A DNA stretch of 64,000 nucleotides from Polyangiaceae bacterium (GTDB lineage: Bacteria > Myxococcota_A > Polyangia > Polyangiales > Polyangiaceae): the NCBI GenBank assembly GCA_965222375.1, contig CBDCTZ010000016.1, positions 352,001-416,000 on the forward strand, read 5' to 3'. The notes below the pieces were generated by a model, which worked only from the letters and a program-made list of their open reading frames with translations, was not told the DNA's origin and made no database searches. The number at the start of each line of letters is the position of its first letter. Positions within the stretch are counted from its first letter, which is position 1. The position numbers and the translations under genes are program-made. Positions 18,594 to 25,980 of the stretch are shown piece after piece.

Positions 18594-18959
18594 CTACGAG
18601 GACTTGCGGGTCAACCGTGACGCCACCTCGACCAACCCGTTGGTGATGACTTCCGGAAGCGGCGCCGCCAACTTCGTTCGGAGGAGCGCAGCGATGTCCA
18701 TTGTGAACAGCACTTCTCCGCCAGCGAAGAGTGAGACGGTTTCGTCCTCCTGGTGCAACCCATCTGGCCACCACTTCCGCTGCCACTCGATCCTCAGGGG
18801 CTGGTCCTGGATCGAAGCGCAACGGAGGACGACACTGGCGGGGTTGTATGCCGTTTCTGATTCCTGAATTTGAACAACCTCGAGACCAAGTTCCTCGAGT
18901 CTTGCGCGGAGGTTGGAGACCGCCGCGGTGTCAGACAGGAAAAGGAAGGGCTGAGCCAC
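18594..18959 (-). CDS. Cassette A hypothetical protein (copy 2 of 4)
   Basis: Identical translation. Confidence 0.7.
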   Translation of the reverse strand: MAQPFLFLSDTAAVSNLRARLEELGLEVVQIQESETAYNPASVVLRCASIQDQPLRIEWQRKWWPDGLHQEDETVSLFAGGEVLFTMDIAALLRTKLAAPLPEVITNGLVEVASRLTRKSS

Positions 18960-18969
18960 CTGCGCGATT

Positions 18970-19156
18970 GCCTAACAATTGAGGCGTTCAGCAGCGAACG
19001 CCAGGAACAACATACCCAGACATTATCACGCAGTCGGGCGCAGGGTTGCGCCGACCGCAGCGAGGGCTGCTCGGCGCAAGAACCCTGCGCGCAGGGCGGA
19101 ACGGACGCCATCCAGTCGAAAAGCCGGCGGTCGTCTGCTGCAACGTCCTGTTAGGA
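18970..19156 (-). repeat. attC, short class (cassette C variant)
   Basis: Repeat copy. Confidence 0.92.
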
Positions 19157-19178
19157 GGCGTCGTTCTTTAGCAGTCGA

Positions 19179-19568
19179 CTATTCCGTACGGCCAAGAGGC
19201 ACCGCTTGGGACCAGCGAGCGCCCTCCTGACATTCGAGCATGGCGCCCTGGTTGTGTGCAACGAGACGGAGGGGCCGCGAGGTGACGCACCGAAGGAAGG
19301 CATTCAGATCGCTCGCCATTGCGGTCATGAGCTCGTGGCGGGGCGTGTCATCGTACCCGTCGTAATCGCACCAGTCGGTGACCTCCAGTCCGGAGGAGTG
19401 CTTCGCGTCGACGAACCACTCGAGAACGTTGATGGCAGCGTGGACTGTCACGGAAAGCTCGTCCCGTGTGAGGACAATCTCAACATACTCCGCGTGCCGC
19501 TGGACAACCACGCCCGGCGTTCCGGCGAAGGCCTCCACCGCAGCGACGTGGGGACGGAGAGCTTTCAC
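19179..19568 (-). CDS. Cassette C hypothetical protein (copy 2)
   Basis: Identical translation to 14494-14883. Confidence 0.7.
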   Translation of the reverse strand: MKALRPHVAAVEAFAGTPGVVVQRHAEYVEIVLTRDELSVTVHAAINVLEWFVDAKHSSGLEVTDWCDYDGYDDTPRHELMTAMASDLNAFLRCVTSRPLRLVAHNQGAMLECQEGARWSQAVPLGRTE

Positions 19569-19573
19569 CGTCC

Positions 19574-19760
19574 GCCTAACAATTGAGGCGTTCAGCAGCG
19601 AACGCCAGAAACAGCATACCCAAAAAACCTCAACGCTGCAGGCGCAGGGTTGCGCCGAACGCAGCGAATGCTGCTCGGTGCAAGAACCCTGCGCGCAGGG
19701 CGGAACGGACGCCATCCAGTCAGAAAGCCGGCGGTCGTCTGCTGCAACGTCCTGTTAGGC
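19574..19760 (-). repeat. attC, short class (187 bp)
   Basis: GCCTAAC...GTTAGGC. Confidence 0.92.
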
Positions 19761-19795
19761 AGCTGGCGGCCCGCGCGTCGAAGCACGTGCCGTCG

Positions 19796-20239
19796 TCAGC
19801 GTGGCTTTGTCGCAACTCCGCGCAAGATGTCGATGCGATTCGGGGGAGCGTTCGGAGACATGAAGTCGGGAATGGTTTCCGCCGTTCGTCGAGGCCTGCT
19901 CAGGAACTCCACAGGCCACTCCGTCACGCGGCGCTGCTTGACGTGGACGTACCGGCCGTCTTCGTGCTCATCAATGAATTCTTGTTGGACGATGAGCGCC
20001 AAGGGCTCTTGAGCGCCGCTGGTCTGCCTCGAAAACTCGAACGCTTCGTCACAAGACGCGAAAGCGTAGAAGTAGTCGCTCCCGTTGTCCTCGTCGTCAG
20101 CTCCTTCAGACGGACAGCACCAGACGCGATACTCGAGAACGCCGTCCCAGACATACCCCCCACCAGCGTGTGCTTCTGCAGGATAGGTGCCGACGAGCGC
20201 GGGATCCACGACGGGCGGATATGTGTCGTCTGCTCTCAT
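19796..20239 (-). CDS. Hypothetical acidic cassette protein
   Basis: AGGGYVWDGVLEYRVWC...RRVTEWPVEFLSRP; ATG 4 nt after R'. Confidence 0.8.
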   Translation of the reverse strand: MRADDTYPPVVDPALVGTYPAEAHAGGGYVWDGVLEYRVWCCPSEGADDEDNGSDYFYAFASCDEAFEFSRQTSGAQEPLALIVQQEFIDEHEDGRYVHVKQRRVTEWPVEFLSRPRRTAETIPDFMSPNAPPNRIDILRGVATKPR

Positions 20240-20243
20240 GCCT

Positions 20244-20430
20244 GCCTAACAATTGAGGCGTTCAGCAGCGAACGCCAGAAACAACATACCCAAACTCTAC
20301 CACGCAGTCAGGCGCAGGGTTGCGCCGAACGCAGCGAAGGCTGCTCGGTGCAAGAACCCTGCGCGCAGGGCGGAACGGACGCTGACGAGTCAGAAAGCCG
20401 GCGGTCGTCTGCTGCAACGTCCTGTTAGGC
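20244..20430 (-). repeat. attC, short class (cassette A variant)
   Basis: Repeat copy. Confidence 0.92.
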
Positions 20431-20434
20431 AACG

Positions 20435-20800
20435 CTACGAGGACTTGCGGGTCAACCGTGACGCCACCTCGACCAACCCGTTGGTGATGACTTCCGGAAG
20501 CGGCGCCGCCAACTTCGTTCGGAGGAGCGCAGCGATGTCCATTGTGAACAGCACTTCTCCGCCAGCGAAGAGTGAGACGGTTTCGTCCTCCTGGTGCAAC
20601 CCATCTGGCCACCACTTCCGCTGCCACTCGATCCTCAGGGGCTGGTCCTGGATCGAAGCGCAACGGAGGACGACACTGGCGGGGTTGTATGCCGTTTCTG
20701 ATTCCTGAATTTGAACAACCTCGAGACCAAGTTCCTCGAGTCTTGCGCGGAGGTTGGAGACCGCCGCGGTGTCAGACAGGAAAAGGAAGGGCTGAGCCAC
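20435..20800 (-). CDS. Cassette A hypothetical protein (copy 3 of 4)
   Basis: Identical translation. Confidence 0.7.
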   Translation of the reverse strand: MAQPFLFLSDTAAVSNLRARLEELGLEVVQIQESETAYNPASVVLRCASIQDQPLRIEWQRKWWPDGLHQEDETVSLFAGGEVLFTMDIAALLRTKLAAPLPEVITNGLVEVASRLTRKSS

Positions 20801-20810
20801 CTGCGCGATT

Positions 20811-20996
20811 GCCTAACAATTGAGGCGTTCAGCAGCGAACGCCAGAAACAACATCAACCAACCCTACCACGCTGCAGGCGCAGGGTTGCGCCGAACGCAG
20901 CGAAGGCTGCTCGGCGCAAGAACCCTGCGCGCAGGGCGGAACGGACCTCACCCAGCCAGAAAGCCGGCGGTCGTCTGCTGCAACGTCCTGTTAGGA
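20811..20996 (-). repeat. attC, short class (186 bp)
   Basis: GCCTAAC...GTTAGGA. Confidence 0.92.
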
Positions 20997-21024
20997 GGCG
21001 CGGTTCAGTTGGCGGAATGTACGT

Positions 21025-21438
21025 CTACGAATTCGCCGCCCGCTCGAGTGCTTCGCTGATGTCGGTGGCCCAGGACTTCGCGTCACGAAACGGACGTAAG
21101 AAGACGTGATCGTGTCCTGCGAACGCGAGCTCCATGTGCATCGCGGGGGCCCGCATGGCGTTCGAACTGTGCACAACGACAGGGTACCGGTGAGGCTGGC
21201 CGGCGAGGAAGGAAGACACGTCCTGTCCAGACCCCGGGTTTTCGCCCCGCAACGCGGGTGCGTCCAAGTCGCAATCAAGCGAAAGAACGTGGGCGCGTCC
21301 AGGGTGCAAGCGCAACCATGACAGCATTTCGTGCGCAGACTCGAAGAGCAGGAGCTCGCAGTCCACCAGCAACTTGAGGGCACGTCGCATCTCGGCAATG
21401 CGCCACACGTCATCCTCAAGCACAGCGATCAGCGTCAT
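21025..21438 (-). CDS. Stand-alone receiver-like protein, cyclic-phosphate-processing REC (cREC) type
   Basis: VLEDD...LSLDCDL...GSGQDV...VVHSSN motif series. Confidence 0.7.
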   Translation of the reverse strand: MTLIAVLEDDVWRIAEMRRALKLLVDCELLLFESAHEMLSWLRLHPGRAHVLSLDCDLDAPALRGENPGSGQDVSSFLAGQPHRYPVVVHSSNAMRAPAMHMELAFAGHDHVFLRPFRDAKSWATDISEALERAANS

Positions 21439-21454
21439 GAAGAGGTGGTCGTCC

Positions 21455-21640
21455 GCCTAACAATTGAGGCGTTCAGCAGCGAACGCCAGAAACAACACCA
21501 ACCAACAATATCACGCTACAGGCGCAGGGTTGCGCCGACCGCAGCGAAGGCTGCTCGGTGCAAGACCCCTGCGCGCAGGGCGGAACGGACGCCATCCAGT
21601 CAGAAGGCCGGCGTTCGACTGCTGCAACGTCCTGTTAGGC
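21455..21640 (-). repeat. attC, short class (cassette B variant)
   Basis: Repeat copy. Confidence 0.92.
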
Positions 21641-21642
21641 CG

Positions 21643-22083
21643 CTACGCTACTCCGACGCCTTCCGCGCCTGCACTTCCGGGTCCGGAAGGAGGCGGTATG
21701 TCGGCAACCAGCGCCTCGATGCGCGGCAAGCGAGGAGTGACAGCAGATCGGACCGTTTCAATGGATTGAGGTGCCGAAAAACGAAGGAGCAACACGTAGA
21801 TCCCGCCAAAGGATCTGAGATAGGCATCGCCGGAGCGGCGTTTCGCGAAGCGATCAAGGCGGCCGCCGCGACGGAGCGGGGGATCGAGACTGGCGAGTTC
21901 GTCCAAAACGATCTGCGCAGCGGGAGAGCGGCCGTCGTCCTTCACGTGTTCGCTGGAACACCAGAGCGTACCGCGACTGTCGAGCACGTAGGCGTAGATG
22001 GCGCGGGCATCGGCAGCCAAATTGGTCAGCACGCGCCGCAGCTCGGACGAGGCCGGCGTTTCAGGACCCATGCGCATTCCCAC
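21643..22083 (-). CDS. Cassette B hypothetical protein (copy 2)
   Basis: Identical translation to 13260-13700. Confidence 0.75.
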   Translation of the reverse strand: MGMRMGPETPASSELRRVLTNLAADARAIYAYVLDSRGTLWCSSEHVKDDGRSPAAQIVLDELASLDPPLRRGGRLDRFAKRRSGDAYLRSFGGIYVLLLRFSAPQSIETVRSAVTPRLPRIEALVADIPPPSGPGSAGAEGVGVA

Positions 22084-22100
22084 CCACTGTCTCGACGTCG

Positions 22101-22287
22101 GCCTAACAATTGAGGCGTTCAGCAGCGAACGCCAGAAACAACATACCCAAACTCTACCACGCAGTCAGGCGCAGGGTTGCGCCGAACGCAGCGAAGGCTG
22201 CTCGGTGCAAGAACCCTGCGCGCAGGGCGGAACGGACGCTGACGAGTCAGAAAGCCGGCGGTCGTCTGCTGCAACGTCCTGTTAGGC
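22101..22287 (-). repeat. attC, short class (cassette A variant; first cassette)
   Basis: Repeat copy. Confidence 0.92.
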
Positions 22288-22291
22288 AACG

Positions 22292-22657
22292 CTACGAGGA
22301 CTTGCGGGTCAACCGTGACGCCACCTCGACCAACCCGTTGGTGATGACTTCCGGAAGCGGCGCCGCCAACTTCGTTCGGAGGAGCGCAGCGATGTCCATT
22401 GTGAACAGCACTTCTCCGCCAGCGAAGAGTGAGACGGTTTCGTCCTCCTGGTGCAACCCATCTGGCCACCACTTCCGCTGCCACTCGATCCTCAGGGGCT
22501 GGTCCTGGATCGAAGCGCAACGGAGGACGACACTGGCGGGGTTGTATGCCGTTTCTGATTCCTGAATTTGAACAACCTCGAGACCAAGTTCCTCGAGTCT
22601 TGCGCGGAGGTTGGAGACCGCCGCGGTGTCAGACAGGAAAAGGAAGGGCTGAGCCAC
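22292..22657 (-). CDS. Cassette A hypothetical protein (copy 4 of 4, attI-proximal)
   Basis: Identical translation. Confidence 0.7.
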   Translation of the reverse strand: MAQPFLFLSDTAAVSNLRARLEELGLEVVQIQESETAYNPASVVLRCASIQDQPLRIEWQRKWWPDGLHQEDETVSLFAGGEVLFTMDIAALLRTKLAAPLPEVITNGLVEVASRLTRKSS

Positions 22658-22667
22658 CTGCGCGATT

Positions 22668-22720
22668 GCCTAACAGTAATTAGACCGCGATGGCGGTCTA
22701 AGGTGGCTGTCAGTCTAACA
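22668..22720 (-). other. attI: attI recombination site (crossover G/TTAGGC at 22674-22668; outer extent uncertain)
   Basis: Identity with the other cassette A copies stops just past the GCCTAAC core, where no attC follows; lies 5' of the divergent intI. Confidence 0.8.
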
Positions 22721-23034
22721 GAGCGGTGGGGCCCCGATAAATCGGGAAAGGGGGTGCGTGGTGCACGTTAGGTGGGTCCACCTAACGTGCGAAGACGAGG
22801 TCCATCTAACAGAGGGGACTGGGCGGACCGTTTGGCCTCCGAGCCGGCGTTCAGCCGTGCGGGCGAGTTGGATGGCCGGCGCGGCGTTGGTTGGGGGTGG
22901 GCAGTGCTCGCAAGGGAGTGGCGTTCGCCATGGCGTCGATCTGGTGTCGCCACTGCGCGGAGCGGAGTGGCGACCGGCTTTCTGAGGAGAAGGGGGCGCC
23001 CGGGGGGCGGCATGGATGTTGATGAGGCTGGGGC

Positions 23035-24009
23035 ATGGGTTTGGAGCGTCGGACTCAGTTGTTGGAGCAAATGCGTCAGGCGCTGCAGGTGAGGCACTAC
23101 AGTCCGCGGACTGAAGAGGCGTATGTGGCGTGGGTCGAGCGGTTCGTGCACCATCATGATTTGCGGCATCCGGCGGAAATGGGGGCGGAGGATGTTCGGG
23201 TGTTCTTGGAGCACCTGGCGTCTGCGGACCGGGTGGCTGCTGCGACGCAGAATCAGGCGCTGGCGGCGCTCTTGTTCTTGTACGCGAATGTGCTGGGCAT
23301 GCCGTTCGAGGAGGTTGGGAGCTTTGTGCGTGCGAAGCGGCCGAAGCGCTTGCCCGTCGTGCTTGGCGCCGGGGAGGTGGCCGCCTTGCTGGAGCAGCTG
23401 GATGGGGTGCCGCTCTTGATGGCGCAGATGCTCTACGGCTCGGGGTTGCGGTTGCTCGAGTGCGCTCGCTTGCGCGCGAAGGATCTGTGCTTCGAGCGGG
23501 GTGAAGTCTTGGTTCGGAGCGGCAAGGGAGGCAAGGACCGGGTGGCGCCCTTCCCGCGCACGTTGGAGAGGCAGATGCGGATGCATCTCGTGAAGGTGAA
23601 GCGCCAGCACGACATGGATCTGTCTCGCGGGGCGGGGTGGGTGTTCGTTCCACCTTCGCTGGCGCGCAAGTACCCGAATGTGGGTCGCGATTGGCCCTGG
23701 CAATGGGTGTTCCCCGCGACGCGGCAGTACTTTCACACTGCGACGGGGCAGACGCGTCGGCATCACTATCACCAATCCGCCTTGCAGCGCGCCGTGCGCG
23801 TGGCGGGTCGCGCAGCGGGGTTGAACAAGCGCGCGACCTGCCACGCGCTTCGCCATTCCTTCGCGACTCACCTGCTCGAACAGGGCTACGACATCCGCAC
23901 CATTCAGGAGTTGCTCGGCCATCGCTCAGTGGCGACCACGATGGTCTACACCCATGTGCTCAACCGCGGTGGCTTGGGAGTTCGCAGCCCGCTCGACGGG
24001 CTCTGCTGA
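23035..24009 (+). CDS. intI: Integron integrase
   Basis: Tyrosine-recombinase residues [35 protein letters not shown] plus the integron-specific insert [26 protein letters not shown]...RRHH. Confidence 0.98.
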   Translation: MGLERRTQLLEQMRQALQVRHYSPRTEEAYVAWVERFVHHHDLRHPAEMGAEDVRVFLEHLASADRVAAATQNQALAALLFLYANVLGMPFEEVGSFVRAKRPKRLPVVLGAGEVAALLEQLDGVPLLMAQMLYGSGLRLLECARLRAKDLCFERGEVLVRSGKGGKDRVAPFPRTLERQMRMHLVKVKRQHDMDLSRGAGWVFVPPSLARKYPNVGRDWPWQWVFPATRQYFHTATGQTRRHHYHQSALQRAVRVAGRAAGLNKRATCHALRHSFATHLLEQGYDIRTIQELLGHRSVATTMVYTHVLNRGGLGVRSPLDGLC

Positions 24010-24106
24010 GCGGATGAAGTCAAAGGCGCAGCCCGCTCGACGGGCTCTGCGGAGCGGATGAACCCAAAGGCCTAGCCCGGCCGACGGGCTCTGCTGAGCC
24101 AATGAA
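23983..24106. repeat. 44-bp-period tandem repeat (about 3 copies) overlapping the intI 3' end
   Basis: AGCCCGCTCGACGGGCTCTGCTGAGCGGATGAA-like units starting at about 23983, 24027 and 24071. Confidence 0.85.
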
Positions 24107-24183
24107 TCGAAGCCCGCCTGAAGTGCTCCGTCACCATCCACGAGGGTCGTTCGCGTGCCTCCGGCATGTATGAAAAACTGCGG

Positions 24184-24765
24184 TCAGCCCTCGCTTGCGC
24201 GAGGCGGAAACAACCGTGAGAGCTCCAGCTCGATGTCGGCGAAGGGCTCGATGCTCGACGTGTCGCCATCACCGTAGCTGCCGACTTCGACCCAGCTTTG
24301 GCCGTCGAGGCGAAGCGCCTCCAGCGTTCGGGCTTCGGGGTCGACGATCCAATAGTGGGCAACTCCGTGTTCGGCGTAGAGGCGACGTTTGGTCACGCGG
24401 TCGTGCGCGGCATTTCCAGGTGAGAGCACTTCGCAAACCCAGTCGGGGACGACGTCGATCGGTCGCGCATCCCAGGGATCGATTAGGCGCGAGCGTCGCC
24501 AGCCGGAGATATCCGGTCGTACGGCGTCGTGCTCCGCGAGGCGAACGTCGACCTCCAATAGGATCCACCACCCCCCAGGGCCGCCCCGACCATCATCGTC
24601 GTCGTAGGGTCCACCGACGAAGCGACCGAGGGTTCGTTGAACCCTCGAGTGTTTGGGTAGCGGTGAGGGAGTAACAGATATCTCGCCGCCCACGATTTCT
24701 GCGCGCGCGTCCGTTGGACCCTTCAATAGATCCTCGTAGGTTGCGCGCTTCTTCGCGGGCTGCAT
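24184..24765 (-). CDS. Uma2 family endonuclease
   Basis: AEIVGGEI...P...H, VRPDISGW, PDWVCEVLSPG, YWIVDPEARTLE. Confidence 0.92.
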   Translation of the reverse strand: MQPAKKRATYEDLLKGPTDARAEIVGGEISVTPSPLPKHSRVQRTLGRFVGGPYDDDDGRGGPGGWWILLEVDVRLAEHDAVRPDISGWRRSRLIDPWDARPIDVVPDWVCEVLSPGNAAHDRVTKRRLYAEHGVAHYWIVDPEARTLEALRLDGQSWVEVGSYGDGDTSSIEPFADIELELSRLFPPRASEG

Positions 24766-24974
24766 TGCTCCAACTATAGCCCCTCGGCGTCGATCCTCCC
24801 ATTACAGGCCGAGGCGAAAGAAGTGCCGTTGTAATTGCGAGAAGGAGGGCCAATGCGGGGTGGCTGGGCGCGCTGCTCAGCCTACGCGCCTGGGAACTGA
24901 AGCCAGAACATCAGCGCCCGTTCGCTCCAGCTCCGTGTGTCCGCGGTTAGCTATGGGGCGATACAGGATGCCAG

Positions 24975-25928
24975 CTACCTCCCCGCGCGCTCCTCATGGC
25001 AGGCGTAGCTGAACACCGTGCGTTGTTTGACCGCGCCGTTCTTGTCCAGGTGATGAAGCTCGAGCAGGTTGCCATGGGCGTCGAACTTGCAGTCGTGCCG
25101 GGAGGTGGCGCTGCAGTGTTTCCGCGTGGTGGCTTCACCGAGCTTCTTCCTGGACGGAGTCCCTCGGCTCAGGTCCGTGAAGATCCCACCGGCGACGTCG
25201 AGTTCGACTAGCGGCCTTCCAGAATTGCCCTCTTCAATGCCGCGTGGCGTTGCGGTAAGCAAGCGCCGACGCCTCGTGGGTTTGGCTTTCTTGTATGTGC
25301 GCGTCGAAACCATCTCGACCCGCTCGCCACAGGCGATGCAGCTGGCGGCTCCGGGCCTCTTGTTGATTGGCGCGCCGACATCGAGCAAGCAGATGATGCG
25401 CTCTCCAACGAAGCACAGGCTCTGGTCGTTGGTCGGGCACAGGCAGAGCAGGGGTTTGTCCGTACGAGGCGTCAATCCGACGGGCTTCGCGGGTCCCCTC
25501 GCGGCCACCCACGCGTCATCTTTGCGATCCTTGAACGAGTAGGTCGCCTCGTAGCTCCCGTTCTTGCGCTTGACCGACTCGGTCACTCGCCCGTCCGCAT
25601 GGCGCTGAAAGTTGCGCGTCTCTTGCTTCCAACGTTTGGGTCCGGAGCGGGCGACATGCGCAACGGAGCTGACGAAGCCCTTGCTGTCGTAGGAGTAACT
25701 GCTGCTCGCGCCGATCACGTCGGGTGCGGCAAAGTCGCGCCAGCAGGGGCCGGTCCAACGTTGGCTGGTTGGACCTACGTGTCGCCGCAGTGGCTTTCCG
25801 AGGGGGTCTGGAAGTTTCGGACCCGCCCTCTTTGGCGTGATGTCGCATGCCAGCGACACGGTTGCCGCGAGCCACAGGATGTATCGCCAAGACACCCTGC
25901 TGCGCTTTGAGCCTTCACACCCCTTCAT
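24975..25928 (-). CDS. Hypothetical lipoprotein
   Basis: VSLAC lipobox; YD/RHS-like short motifs (YSYDSKG, KFDAHGN). Confidence 0.55.
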   Translation of the reverse strand: MKGCEGSKRSRVSWRYILWLAATVSLACDITPKRAGPKLPDPLGKPLRRHVGPTSQRWTGPCWRDFAAPDVIGASSSYSYDSKGFVSSVAHVARSGPKRWKQETRNFQRHADGRVTESVKRKNGSYEATYSFKDRKDDAWVAARGPAKPVGLTPRTDKPLLCLCPTNDQSLCFVGERIICLLDVGAPINKRPGAASCIACGERVEMVSTRTYKKAKPTRRRRLLTATPRGIEEGNSGRPLVELDVAGGIFTDLSRGTPSRKKLGEATTRKHCSATSRHDCKFDAHGNLLELHHLDKNGAVKQRTVFSYACHEERAGR

Positions 25929-25980
25929 CGCTACTTTCGCTTTGCCTGGCCCGCCTGCTAGCGGAAACGCGCTGCGCCAG

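Noticed and set aside
7161..22287. Regularly spaced repeats as a CRISPR array or MITE family
   Set aside because: Repeats are about 190-210 bp, spacers are whole genes, ends are integron core sites without target duplications, intI is adjacent and there are no cas genes
9477..22565. Family of plus-strand ORFs beginning MRRSAANA
   Set aside because: These are translations of the attC repeat from a TTG, with variable frames and ends; not credible genes
22815..23034. LexA/SOS box or clear Pc/Pint promoter upstream of intI
   Set aside because: No convincing match to SOS consensus sequences or to sigma70 elements by eye
22768..23922. 384-aa ORF antisense to intI (likewise long antisense ORFs over hppA, manA/gdh and the YyaL fusion)
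   Set aside because: Shadow ORFs of well-supported genes in high-GC DNA
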